Positions 1 through 9,591 of a DNA stretch of 64,000 bases are shown piece after piece. The DNA is from Prosthecochloris sp. (lineage in GTDB: Bacteria > Bacteroidota > Chlorobiia > Chlorobiales > Chlorobiaceae): the NCBI GenBank assembly GCA_004028745.1, contig RAZP01000035.1:3940-67939 (forward strand), read 5' to 3'. How positions within the stretch are numbered: the first letter of the stretch is position 1; each line of letters opens with the position of its first letter. The position numbers were made by a program, and so were the translations under genes. A model generated the notes under the pieces. The model ran no database searches. It was given only the letters and a program-made list of their open reading frames with translations, and was not told the origin of the DNA.

Positions 1-54
1 AAATCATAAATTCCATAACACATAGAGGTTCAATAACGGTATGACAGTACGATT

Positions 55-288
55 ATGAAACCGATAGTATACTTTATCGGGGCGGGCATATCCCTTTTGC
101 TCTCCATATACATTTTTATTTTCGGGTCGGGAGCGAACCATGAAATCATAGCTGTTTTTGTTGGCTTATGGGCACCGACAATTATAGGTATCGGAATTTT
201 CAATACCCTTCTGAGCATTCTTGACGAGATGTGCTGCGCACACCGGCGCATCGAAGACCGCCAGACGAAGCAAAGAGAGGATCAGTAA
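55..288 (+). CDS. small membrane protein, hypothetical
   Basis: 77-aa ATG ORF with two hydrophobic segments, co-oriented with crcB; no family recognised. Confidence 0.6.
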   Translation: MKPIVYFIGAGISLLLSIYIFIFGSGANHEIIAVFVGLWAPTIIGIGIFNTLLSILDEMCCAHRRIEDRQTKQREDQ

Positions 289-295
289 GCAGTCT

Positions 296-319
296 TCATG
301 ACAATTAATAGAGGTGCCT
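296..319. mobile_element. solo end of the GGGCACCTCTA-type MITE
   Basis: tcatgacaattaatagaggtgcc matches the end of the copy at 57429-57528 exactly and the copy at 40508-40649 with one mismatch. Confidence 0.7.
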
Positions 320-411
320 TTCAGTTGTCCCGACGAGTCGGAAAAGAGTCAGGACTTGGTGATTGTTGATCTGTTTATTTGTTGAATTGTTGAAAACAGA
401 AATATTCATTC

Positions 412-798
412 ATGCAGGAACGTTACGCTGCACTGTTGCTTGTCGGGGCAGGCGGATTTGCCGGAGCGGTGGCGAGGTATCTGGTCGCGCTTGCCTTGCC
501 CTTTCTCAGCACCGGTTTTCCTTTCGGAACGCTCATTGTCAATGTTTCAGGCTGCCTGTTGATCGGTTTTATCAGTGAATTGTCGGTTACCTCATCACTG
601 GTCTCTCCCGAACTGCGGCTGCTGCTCGCCACGGGTTTTTGCGGAGGGTTTACAACGTTCTCATCCTACATGTATGAAATCGCCTCATTGCTGAGGGACG
701 GGGAAATGCTCTATGCCTCGCTCTATCTTTTCGGAAGCATTGTCGGCGGTATTCTCTGTCTGTATCTCGGTATGCAGATCGCGAAAGTGTGGACATGA
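412..798 (+). CDS. crcB: fluoride efflux channel Fluc/CrcB
   Basis: GGFAGAVARY, FPFGTLIVNVSG and TGFCGGFTTFSS signature motifs; 128 aa, 4 TM. Confidence 0.95.
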   Translation: MQERYAALLLVGAGGFAGAVARYLVALALPFLSTGFPFGTLIVNVSGCLLIGFISELSVTSSLVSPELRLLLATGFCGGFTTFSSYMYEIASLLRDGEMLYASLYLFGSIVGGILCLYLGMQIAKVWT

Positions 799-911
799 AG
801 TGTTGTTGAACTGGTGATTTGTTGATTCGTTGAGCTGGAATAGCTGGCCGTTGCCGGAAACTAAAGAAAACTCGGCTTTTCGGGATGAATCACGGGCGAA
901 GAGACTGTTTC

Positions 912-1061
912 GTAGGGGCAGGGGCCCTCGTGCCTGCCCGCGGTGAGCGACGAATATAGCCGGGCAATCGGTATTGAGATGATATGATCGTTTAGGGAAC
1001 AGGTGAAAGAAGATCATGATAACGAATCACGGTGCAGGGGTGAAAAATTTTTCGCCCGTTC
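912..1061. repeat. GTAG-type REP-like palindromes
   Basis: gtaggggcagg..cctgcccg (912-940) and gcaggggtgaaaaatttttcgcccgttc (1034-1061); related copies at 4786-4813, 55857-55884 and 55951-55971. Confidence 0.7.
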
Positions 1062-1124
1062 CGAAGAGGCAAAAAGGTGACCGGGGCAGGAAACCGAAGC
1101 AATGGAACGATCAATTGCGCAGCT

Positions 1125-1469
1125 ATGGAATTTGAAGCAAAACAACTGCTCCGTATGTACGTGGGTGAGCAGGCGAAACACCATCACCGCCCTTTCTACG
1201 AGGTGATCATTGCCGAGGCAAAAGCAGAGGGGATTGCCGGTGCAACCGTGTTCAAAGGAGTTCTTTCCTACGGTATGAGCGGTACGGTGCACACGGCGAA
1301 AATTCTTGAGCTTTCACAAAGCCTTCCTATGATTATCGAAATCATGGATACTGAGGAGCGGATCGGTGACTTCTTGCCGGTTATCGAATCACTTGCACGG
1401 GAATCGGGGGCGCATGTGCATGTTACACTTGAAGAAGTGCGTTCAACTGTTATTCTTCCTGGGAAATAG
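1125..1469 (+). CDS. DUF190 (PII-like) protein
   Basis: LLRMYVGE..GIAGATVFKG..LELSQSLPMIIEIMD; DUF190 commonly follows crcB; ATG 1125 preferred over GTG 1077. Confidence 0.85.
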   Translation: MEFEAKQLLRMYVGEQAKHHHRPFYEVIIAEAKAEGIAGATVFKGVLSYGMSGTVHTAKILELSQSLPMIIEIMDTEERIGDFLPVIESLARESGAHVHVTLEEVRSTVILPGK

Positions 1470-1557
1470 ACGGGTAAGAGTACATATGATCAGAGAGAGC
1501 AGAGAATTGCAATAGATGTTCAGGTTTCAAAGGGATGTGGCTTCCCTTTCTCTTGAA

Positions 1558-1633
1558 GTCATGCCGCACGTGATGCGGCATCCATATGGACTTTCGCTAA
1601 AAGATGGATTCCCGTGTCAGGCACGGGAATGAC
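1558..1633. repeat. GTCA/CGGGAATGAC-type double-hairpin repeat
   Basis: gtcatgccgca..tgcggcatcca ... tggattcccgtg..cacgggaatgac: two hairpins inside GTCA/TGAC ends. Confidence 0.65.
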
Positions 1634-1646
1634 AGCCATATTACAC

Positions 1647-1681
1647 GAGAGGTTGCCCTTTTGAGGCAGCCTCTCTTTGTT
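1647..1681 (+). terminator. probable intrinsic terminator between convergent DUF190 and hemL
   Basis: gagaggttgcc-cttttga-ggcagcctctc stem followed by tttgtt. Confidence 0.55.
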
Positions 1682-1698
1682 GTGCGCATGGCTGTTTA

Positions 1699-2994
1699 TC
1701 AGGCTTCCGCAGCTTGAAGAGCGGTATAGTTTGCCTTGATGGTTTTTTCCAGGTCTTCGTCGCTGTGCGCGGTACTGGTGAACATTGCCTCGAACTGCGA
1801 AGGGGCAAGATAGATGCCCTGGTCGAGCATTGACTGGAAATACTTCGCATATTTCTTGACATCGGAGGCAACCGCGTCATCGTGGTTTTCAACCGGCTTG
1901 TCGGTAAAAAAGAGACAAGCCATCGATCCCACGCGGTTCTGGGTGTAGCTCAGACCGAGCTTGTTCATATTGTCCCGGAAGCCTTCCTCGAGGATTGCTG
2001 CTTTTCTTTCAAGCTCAGGATAGGGGTTGTCATCCTTAAGGACTTTCAGGGTTTCGAGGCCGGCGGTTATGGCAAGCGGGTTGCCGGAAAGGGTCCCTGC
2101 TTGGTAAACATCGCCGATAGGAGCAATTCGTTCCATAATTTCACGTTTTCCGCCGAATGCACCGACAGGAAGACCGCCGCCGATGATCTTGCCCATTGTG
2201 GTAAGGTCCGGGGTGATGCCATAGCGTTCCTGTGCGCCTCCGAGGGCAACGCGGAAGCCGCACATGACTTCATCAAAAATCAGGACGATGCCTTCCTGTG
2301 TGCAGAGGCTGCGGAGTGCCTGCAGAAACTCTTTCTTTGCAGGAATGACGCCGGTGTTGCCTGCAACAGGCTCGATAATGACAGCAGCAACGTTGTCCTT
2401 GTTTTCATTGACCAATGCTTTGACCGACTCGATATCGTTGTATTTTGCGTTCAAGGTATCATTGGCGGTGCCTTTCGTAACACCTGGGCTGTCAGGGGTG
2501 CCAAGTGTCAACGCGCCTGACCCTGCCTTGATAAGAAAACTGTCACCGTGTCCATGATAGCAGCCTTCAAATTTGATGATTTTGTCCCGGCCGGTGTAAC
2601 CCCTTGCCAGGCGTACTGCGGACATTGTTGCTTCCGTTCCGCTGTTAACCATGCGGACCATCTCGATCGAAGGAACGATCCGGGTCAGAAGCTCTGCAAT
2701 TTCAATCTCCAGCTCGATCGGAGTTCCGAAACTGGTACCGATGTTGGTCAGGGTATGCACGAGAGCGTCGGTGACTTTTGGGTGCATGCTGCCAAGAATG
2801 AAAGGACCCCATGAACCAACGTAGTCAATGTAAGTGTTGCCGTCGACATCGGTCATATAGGCGCCTTTACCTTTTGCCATAAATACCGGTGTGCCGCCAA
2901 CGGATTTGAAGGCGCGAACCGGTGAGTTTACTCCACCGGGAATAAACTGTTTTGCTTCCTCGAAGAGCTCTGCTGATCTGGTTAATTGAGGCAT
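1699..2994 (-). CDS. hemL: glutamate-1-semialdehyde 2,1-aminomutase
   Basis: [61 protein letters not shown]; ATG 2994 chosen. Confidence 0.97.
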   Translation of the reverse strand: MPQLTRSAELFEEAKQFIPGGVNSPVRAFKSVGGTPVFMAKGKGAYMTDVDGNTYIDYVGSWGPFILGSMHPKVTDALVHTLTNIGTSFGTPIELEIEIAELLTRIVPSIEMVRMVNSGTEATMSAVRLARGYTGRDKIIKFEGCYHGHGDSFLIKAGSGALTLGTPDSPGVTKGTANDTLNAKYNDIESVKALVNENKDNVAAVIIEPVAGNTGVIPAKKEFLQALRSLCTQEGIVLIFDEVMCGFRVALGGAQERYGITPDLTTMGKIIGGGLPVGAFGGKREIMERIAPIGDVYQAGTLSGNPLAITAGLETLKVLKDDNPYPELERKAAILEEGFRDNMNKLGLSYTQNRVGSMACLFFTDKPVENHDDAVASDVKKYAKYFQSMLDQGIYLAPSQFEAMFTSTAHSDEDLEKTIKANYTALQAAEA

Positions 2995-3375
2995 ATTTAC
3001 CAATCCGGTTAAAGATTACAAGAAAAAATGATGTGTGATTAACAAACACTCAAGATAGAAATACTCATGAAGATATGAAACCCTGAAGGTCATGACAAAG
3101 GGATTTAGGCTGGATGTCCGGAATCCAGAAGTCAGGAGCCAGAAGCTGACCCAGTTTTCGATGGGTAGGCGAAGCAGAGCATGGCTTTCGGTACCGATTC
3201 TGATTGAGAACACCGAAAGAAGAAAAATCGAAAGTTGGGGTCGCTATCGGGATCGAATGTATTTCTTTGCGCAAACCGAAGGCGCATATAGCTTAATGAC
3301 TGTCAACTATTACAGGACTGGATTTGGCAGAGAATACGAAATGGGAGTGAGAGATTTTTTTGATGTTGGGAGGGC

Positions 3376-4182
3376 TCAGCCGTTGTGGGACTGTTCCGGG
3401 TTGGAGAGGAGCTGCGAAATGATTTTCCTGTTTTTTGTCGGGGGTTGATGTTCGCTGTGCATCGAGCAATAATTCTGAAGTATGTCACAGAGCTGCCGGC
3501 TCTCGTCAGGGGGGATATCGATATCGTCGATCAAGCCGATATCAAGATTGGCAAGTGTTCTCAGGAGCAGGTACACGGGAATGGGTAAAAGCTGCCCGGA
3601 AAATTTCGGCGAAGTGGTTGCCCGGTCCAGTGCAACGCCTCCGGGATCATAGATCAGGTGCAATTTGCCGACGGATGCTTCCTGAAGCATCGTCATAATG
3701 GGTTTGCCGGTAACAACGCAGTGGTCAATGGAGGGCTCAAAACCCATGTCCGAAATAAGCCGGAGCAGAAACCAGGCAACTGCTGCATCAATGTTCCGGC
3801 AGGGACGGCATAATGTTTCAAGCGTCAGGGAAAGAACATCAAAAAGGCGGACATTTTTTTCCTCGTTTCCCGTTGAGTTCTTTACCATCTCTATAAGACG
3901 ATAGACAGCACTGAACCGTTCGATGCTCGGCTCGGCTGTCATCGGGCTCCGGATAATGCGGGCTTCACTGACAAGCTGTATGTCCCGGTTGCTTCTGTTG
4001 TAAAGAACCACCTCCAGCAGGTTTCCCGTGCTGAAAAGGCCTGAAAGCCTGCTTTTTGGATTTCTTCCCCCCTTGAGAATAACAGATATCCGGCCGAAAT
4101 CCCGGGTATAAAGGGAGCATATTTTGGACTGGTCCCTGAACTTTATCTCTTTCAGGACAACACTCCGGGTTTTCGTAAGCAC
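3376..4182 (-). CDS. recO: DNA repair protein RecO
   Basis: N-terminal OB-fold pattern (DQSKICSLYTRDFGRISVILKGGR) and LLRLISDMGFEPSIDHCVVTG. Confidence 0.9.
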   Translation of the reverse strand: MLTKTRSVVLKEIKFRDQSKICSLYTRDFGRISVILKGGRNPKSRLSGLFSTGNLLEVVLYNRSNRDIQLVSEARIIRSPMTAEPSIERFSAVYRLIEMVKNSTGNEEKNVRLFDVLSLTLETLCRPCRNIDAAVAWFLLRLISDMGFEPSIDHCVVTGKPIMTMLQEASVGKLHLIYDPGGVALDRATTSPKFSGQLLPIPVYLLLRTLANLDIGLIDDIDIPPDESRQLCDILQNYCSMHSEHQPPTKNRKIISQLLSNPEQSHNG

Positions 4183-4316
4183 GGTGCGGGATTTTTTTAT
4201 TTTGGAAAATAATTATATATATCCCGGCTTGGTTTCATCAGGCCGGGATACGCAAGTTTGCCAACAGAAATACATACAATAATAATAGACAGAAATAGAT
4301 TAAGGAGGAAACTTCG

Positions 4317-4562
4317 ATGCCAACCTACCAGTATCGTTGTAAGCAATGTGGATGTGAGAAGGAAGTTTTTCAGCGTATGACCGACGATGCATTAACAACA
4401 TGCCCGGAGTGCAGCGCCGAAGAGTTCGAACGCGTTATCAGTGCCGAAGGCGGATTCCTGCTTAAAGGGGCCGGGTTTTATAAAACCGATTACAACAAAC
4501 AGAGCTGCGAAAGCGCTTCTTCAGGATCATGTCCGACAGGCACCTGCCCTCTTGCCAAATAA
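4317..4562 (+). CDS. FmdB-family zinc-ribbon protein
   Basis: [26 protein letters not shown]; AAGGAGG RBS. Confidence 0.9.
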   Translation: MPTYQYRCKQCGCEKEVFQRMTDDALTTCPECSAEEFERVISAEGGFLLKGAGFYKTDYNKQSCESASSGSCPTGTCPLAK

Positions 4563-4587
4563 GCTTCAAGTTTCATATATCGAATAC

Positions 4588-4616
4588 AAAAGCCTCCTCT
4601 TATGAGGGGGCTTTTT
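4588..4616 (+). terminator. intrinsic terminator, possibly bidirectional
   Basis: aaaagcctcctc-ttat-gagggggctttt. Confidence 0.7.
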
Positions 4617-4785
4617 CGATACTCTTTTACCGATTACGATTACCGTGTCACTGGTATAGTGGAGTGACGCGTAACAGTGAGAAGTTGGCTCTACGGTTCA
4701 GTCCTCATTTGCAGGCTGCCAACTGATTTTTGCTATTCAGCTATCCGGCATCCATGCTTCAACCTTGCTTCTTGCTTTCTCCACT

Positions 4786-4813
4786 GTACGGGCGAAAGAT
4801 TTTTCGCCCCTAC
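4786..4813. repeat. GTAG-type REP palindrome
   Basis: gtacgggcgaaagatttttcgcccctac, near-identical to 55857-55884. Confidence 0.75.
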
Positions 4814-4877
4814 TTGCTATACCGTAAACACCTTAATTTCAGGGTACGGTCAACGAATCAACAGTTCAATGACTCTT

Positions 4878-5801
4878 TCAGAACTCCGGTTTTTCACCGT
4901 AGCGCAGTCTGAAACCGGGAAGGTTGATTTTAGCGCTGCCCCGCAGTTTGTTCGGGTACTGTTTGCCTTCAACATTGCCGCTCACAGCTATACGGTTGAG
5001 CTTGCCTTCCGCGAACGACATGATGATCGTGTTACCGCTTGAATAATTGACCCCCGAGGGAGATGAGGCGTCGTCGTATCCGTGATAAAGGCTTCTTGCC
5101 TGTGAATCGACTATGATGCCGGTTACCTTTTCCTGTTCGTTCAGTGTAATAAACATGGTTTTGCCGCTCAGTTGGTTGTAGAGCGGCTTTGTCAGATCAA
5201 GGGTATCTCTTGCGGCAAAAAAAGCGTTTCCACTGACCGTGATCGATTCGACGTTCTTGTTGCCGTTCATTTCTTTGAGCTGCACCATGATGGTGTCCCC
5301 GCTGAGCTGCCGTTCCCCCTGCCACGCGATTGCGTCCTTATATATTTTGACCTGATTTTCAGGGTTGTTAACGAGAGCCCTTTTAGACTTTGTTATTAAG
5401 TTGTTTTCAAGCCGCCGCCCCCGAACATTGTTCTCCAGTTCCGCGATTCCGGTATCAGGATAGTAGAGCGCATCGTCGCAATATATTTCGAGCTTACGGT
5501 CGGTCATGAAAATGTTTCCCCGCAACTGAACGATACCGCTTTCGAGAAACTCGGTGGCCTTGTCGCAGCTAAGCAGCATGTTCTCATGGGTAAAAACGAC
5601 ATTGCCGGACACGGAGCGTACCGGCTCGATCCTGCCAGCCGGGGAACGTTCCTCTCCACCCTGCAGTCTGTCGGCCTGCCGCAAAATAATTTTCTTTTTT
5701 TCCGCACGGGCAGTATTATGATTCAGCTTTACGATAATATCACTTGCCTGAAAGAGCAGCAGGCAGAGGATTGTGTGTGCAAGTTTTATGATTCCCTTCA
5801 T
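4878..5801 (-). CDS. OstA/LptA-like beta-jellyroll envelope protein (ORF extends to 5948 through the MITE)
   Basis: Hydrophobic N-terminus after MKGIIK; repeated beta-jellyroll motifs (GNVVFTH..LSCDKA; GNIFM..IYCDDALYY). Confidence 0.75.
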   Translation of the reverse strand: MKGIIKLAHTILCLLLFQASDIIVKLNHNTARAEKKKIILRQADRLQGGEERSPAGRIEPVRSVSGNVVFTHENMLLSCDKATEFLESGIVQLRGNIFMTDRKLEIYCDDALYYPDTGIAELENNVRGRRLENNLITKSKRALVNNPENQVKIYKDAIAWQGERQLSGDTIMVQLKEMNGNKNVESITVSGNAFFAARDTLDLTKPLYNQLSGKTMFITLNEQEKVTGIIVDSQARSLYHGYDDASSPSGVNYSSGNTIIMSFAEGKLNRIAVSGNVEGKQYPNKLRGSAKINLPGFRLRYGEKPEF

Positions 5802-5803
5802 TA

Positions 5804-5946
5804 GGGTACCTCTATTAATTGTCGTGAGCGCCTTGAGTACAAGGCGGACGGAGCGCAGAAACCGGAGTGTACATGCGAGTACATGAGGATTTCGAGTACC
5901 GCCCAACGAAGTAATCATGGCGCGCAACAAATTAATAGAGGTGCCC
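5804..5946. mobile_element. MITE, 143 bp, 4-bp TSD ATTA
   Basis: Ends gggtacctctattaatt / aattaatagaggtgccc; ATTA at 5800-5803 and 5947-5950. Confidence 0.9.
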
Positions 5947-6000
5947 ATTATTTACAGGGATTGATTAACATGTTTGAACAATGTAAAAAGGAATTGCCTC

Positions 6001-7101
6001 GTGAAAAAGATTCTTTTAGTCGCCGGTGACCGTCGTGGTTTGTTGAAAGTGCTTCCGTTGCACAAGGCCCTGCAGGAGCATAAAGCGTATGAAGCTGCAT
6101 TAGCCGCTGGTTTGCCTCTGCCCCAGGGGCAAGGTTCCGGTGAAGATCTTCCCGGTCTTTTCGGGATTTCCGACAAAATCTTTTCAATTGAGGCTGAAGG
6201 GATGACGCCCGCTGGCCAAACCGCCTCGGCAATGAAAGCACTCGAAAAGTTGATTGTCGAGGAAAATCCCGACTTTGCCATTATTGGCGGCGATGGTGAT
6301 GTGTCGCTTTCCGCTGCACTTGCTGCCGTGAAGCTCAGCCTTCCGGTTGCCTGTATCGGAGCAGGTATGCGGGATTACAACCGCAGGTCACCGGCGGAAA
6401 TCAACAGGAAACTTATCGACGCTGTTGCCGATATCCTTTTTGTCAGCGAGCATAGCGGTGAGTACAATCTCATCAATGAGGGATACGATGAAGAGCGGAT
6501 TTTTTTCGTCGGTGAAATGGCGATCGACAGTCTTGCCGGTGTTATAAGCATGGTTAACAGCTCAACGGTTACCGGTGACCTCGGTGTCGAAGTGAAAAAG
6601 TATGTACTTGTACTGCTCGAGCGTGCTGCTGCGCTTGATGATATTGACGTTTTGAAGAAAATGGAACGAGTGGTAAAAGCTATTGCCGAAACACATCCGG
6701 TTCTGATGCTCGTCGATCCCGATGTTGGAACCATTCTTGAAGAGCATAAGATGGAACCGGTATTTACCGCGGTATCAGGTGTTCAGGTCAGGCAGTTTCC
6801 CGGATATGTCGAACTGCTGCGACTTGTCAAGGATGCCTTGTTCGTTTTGACTGATTCTTCATCCGCCCAGGCAGAATCGACCGTCATGAAAGTGCCGTGC
6901 CTTACGATGCTTGATGACACCCCCAGTCCCGCAACCATAGAAATCGGCACCAACGTTCTTGTAGGAGACCGGGAAGAGGATATTCTGCAGGGCATCGGCG
7001 AAGCTGTCGAAAGGAAAATAGGCCATCGGGCCAAAATCCCTGAAAAATGGGACGGAGCTGTAACCCAGCGTATTGTAGATGTGTTGGACAAGGTGCTGTA
7101 A
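6001..7101 (+). CDS. UDP-N-acetylglucosamine 2-epimerase (WecB-like) homologue with degenerate motifs
   Basis: PAEINRKLIDA, NLINEG, VLTDS, VPCLT, GTNVLVG, PEKWDG match the family; several conserved residues altered. Confidence 0.8.
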   Translation: MKKILLVAGDRRGLLKVLPLHKALQEHKAYEAALAAGLPLPQGQGSGEDLPGLFGISDKIFSIEAEGMTPAGQTASAMKALEKLIVEENPDFAIIGGDGDVSLSAALAAVKLSLPVACIGAGMRDYNRRSPAEINRKLIDAVADILFVSEHSGEYNLINEGYDEERIFFVGEMAIDSLAGVISMVNSSTVTGDLGVEVKKYVLVLLERAAALDDIDVLKKMERVVKAIAETHPVLMLVDPDVGTILEEHKMEPVFTAVSGVQVRQFPGYVELLRLVKDALFVLTDSSSAQAESTVMKVPCLTMLDDTPSPATIEIGTNVLVGDREEDILQGIGEAVERKIGHRAKIPEKWDGAVTQRIVDVLDKVL

Positions 7102-7382
7102 GAGCTTGTTTGCTTAATAGCCAGATGGCTTGATGGCAAGCTCCCAGATTCCCTCATAATCAGTAAAGGAACGTTGAAATGCGACGATTCTCAGTACTTT
7201 CGGTTTTTCTGTTAGGTCTGTAATTCCGGTACAAATCCTCTGGTGTCTGAGGAAAATAGCCAAACATTTATTGATCAATTGTCATATGCACCTGTATGCT
7301 CAATCCGGTCAAATAAGCAGCCCTGAGGGGACACAGTCCGGTGGGGTCATTGTGCATTAGTCCAAAAGAAAAGGAGAAAATA

Positions 7383-8303
7383 TTGGCAATTCCAACATCG
7401 CGAGCAAACATCGCAGCTGAAATCAGTATTGATAAGGAAAAATGTACAGGATGCGGGCTTTGCGTATCTGTTTGCAAGGATTTCAGCATAGAAATAAAAG
7501 ATGGAGCGGTCGAGGTGAGTGATCATCCGTTGTTTGGATGTATAGGCTGCGGGCACTGCATGGCGGTTTGTCCGTCAGGTGCGATAGAGGTACTTGGGCG
7601 CACACTGTCACCCGAAAATTTATTCGACTTACCCGATAAGGAAAAGGCGGCAACATACGAGCAGCTGCACGTTCTTTTTCAGCGGAGGAGAAGCATAAGA
7701 GAGTTCAAGGAGACACCTGTTGATGATAACCTGATTAAAAAAATACTGGATGCAGCCCAGACAGCCCCGATGGGGCTACCACCATCTGATGTGAATGTTT
7801 TGGTCTTGAATTCCAGGGATAAGGTAAGAGCTTTCGCAGAGGATTTTTGTTCTTATTTGGAAGGCATGAAATGGATGGTATCCGGATGGTTTTTGTTTTT
7901 GATGCGCCTTTTCTGGGGCAAGGAAAACCATGAAATGTTCAGAAATTTTATTAAGCCTCTGCTTCATGCTTATACGGAAAATATGCGAAAGGGGGTCAAT
8001 CTGGTGAGCTATGATGCTCCGTTGGCAATGTATTTTTATGGGTCACCGTATACGGACCCTGCCGATCCGGTTATTGCTGCGACCTATGCCATGACTGCTG
8101 CTGAAGCACTGGGATTGGGTACCTGTATGATTGGCGGAGTGCATCCGTTCATTCAAAACGGAAGAAAAGCAAAGGAGTTCAGAGAAAAACAGGGAATCAG
8201 GTTTGCAAGCCGGGAGGGTTTGTTTGTGATATTCGGATATCCAAAAGTAAAATATACCAAAGGAATACGCAGGACTTTTGCATCAATAGAGGTACAGAGG
8301 TGA
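7383..8303 (+). CDS. ferredoxin-domain nitroreductase family protein
   Basis: Two CxxCxxCxxxC motifs, RRRSIREFK, AEALGLGTCMIG; TTG 7383 follows AAGGAG. Confidence 0.9.
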   Translation: MAIPTSRANIAAEISIDKEKCTGCGLCVSVCKDFSIEIKDGAVEVSDHPLFGCIGCGHCMAVCPSGAIEVLGRTLSPENLFDLPDKEKAATYEQLHVLFQRRRSIREFKETPVDDNLIKKILDAAQTAPMGLPPSDVNVLVLNSRDKVRAFAEDFCSYLEGMKWMVSGWFLFLMRLFWGKENHEMFRNFIKPLLHAYTENMRKGVNLVSYDAPLAMYFYGSPYTDPADPVIAATYAMTAAEALGLGTCMIGGVHPFIQNGRKAKEFREKQGIRFASREGLFVIFGYPKVKYTKGIRRTFASIEVQR

Positions 8304-8308
8304 CCGTT

Positions 8309-9583
8309 TTATTCTTTACCGAATTTCCGACGAAAAGATAAGCTTACTAAATTCGCATATTGATCATAGTCTCCTGAAAGTCTCCGCCCTCCCTGTATCA
8401 TTTGATGGTCTATAGGGGCCTTACCTAAATCCACTAATTCCCAGTTAAGGCTTACTATCGTATTTTTATTTACATCATAATCGAGTCCTGCAGCATATCT
8501 CCATTGCCTGTCTACAGGAATATCGGGAAGACGATCGCTTTCTGATATAGGATTACTATCATAAGAGACACCCATTTTAAAAAGAAGTGGTTTGCAAATC
8601 CGATAGTGAACACCGCCTCCCACTCTCCAAGTATCTTTCCAGTTTCTGTCGATAGATACAGTAGTTCCGGTTTCTGTTGTTATTTTTGTCTTTTTCATAC
8701 TGCTCCAGTCTTGCCAGCCAACATCAAAAACCATGGCAAACTTTTCGGTTATTTCCTGATAGAAGCTTGCCATGATACTTCCTGGTATTGTAAAATCTGT
8801 TGTGGCAAAAGCATCTTCAAGTCCGGCACGTGTCCAGATAGCGCCGATATTGTTGAAATCTATATCTCCTTTTAATTTCAAATTTACTTTAGATCTATAG
8901 ATAACACCTATCCGTGTTTTCCTGGAAGGTTCGAACAGGACTCCCAAGTTATAACCAACCGCCCAATCATCATATTTCATATCGATTTCGCCGTCCGGAC
9001 TTAGGGGATTAAAAAGAGCTAATTCTTCCTTTAGATATCCATAATAAATATCCGCTCCACCTCCTATGCTCATCCAGTCAGTAAGACGTATGGCAGCTGT
9101 AGGGGCTATATCAATGACCATGAGGAAATTATTCTGTATTAAGTAACGCCCTTTCCAATCATCGTCATAATTTATACCTAATCCAACGGGTGCAGTTATA
9201 CTTAAACCTGCTGCTATATCAGGATTAATCTTATAAACGATATACCCGCCCCCGCTTAGTAAAGCTCCTCCGGCTTGACCACCGTCGCTTCCACGCCTCG
9301 TATTGTTTTTATCTGAATGGAACCGGGTTGAAAGAATCATGATTTCACTTCCGAAAAGTAGCTCGTTTCTTTTAAGGCCTATCATTCCGGCAGGGTTAAA
9401 GTAGGACGTAGATGCATCATTGGCTAATGCCGCCTGACCAACGTTTGCAGTTCCGATACCAGGCTGGGCCTGTTCATAAAGCTGGATTCCTCCAGCTTTC
9501 GCTTCCTGAGAAAACCAAAAAATAGAAAACCACACTCCAATAAAAACATAAAAGATGCTTTTATATATTTTTATCATGTGCAT
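8309..9583 (-). CDS. FadL/OmpP1/TodX-family outer-membrane channel
   Basis: Signal peptide; GGIQLYEQ..GTANVGQAA..DASTSYFNPAGM hatch motif; WKDTWR; RLPDIP. Confidence 0.88.
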   Translation of the reverse strand: MHMIKIYKSIFYVFIGVWFSIFWFSQEAKAGGIQLYEQAQPGIGTANVGQAALANDASTSYFNPAGMIGLKRNELLFGSEIMILSTRFHSDKNNTRRGSDGGQAGGALLSGGGYIVYKINPDIAAGLSITAPVGLGINYDDDWKGRYLIQNNFLMVIDIAPTAAIRLTDWMSIGGGADIYYGYLKEELALFNPLSPDGEIDMKYDDWAVGYNLGVLFEPSRKTRIGVIYRSKVNLKLKGDIDFNNIGAIWTRAGLEDAFATTDFTIPGSIMASFYQEITEKFAMVFDVGWQDWSSMKKTKITTETGTTVSIDRNWKDTWRVGGGVHYRICKPLLFKMGVSYDSNPISESDRLPDIPVDRQWRYAAGLDYDVNKNTIVSLNWELVDLGKAPIDHQMIQGGRRLSGDYDQYANLVSLSFRRKFGKE

Positions 9584-9591
9584 TAAAGTCT

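Noticed and set aside
289-411. Fluoride riboswitch upstream of crcB
   Set aside because: No recognisable fluoride-aptamer consensus by eye; the region holds a MITE end, a small hairpin and 8-mer repeats. A covariance search would settle it.
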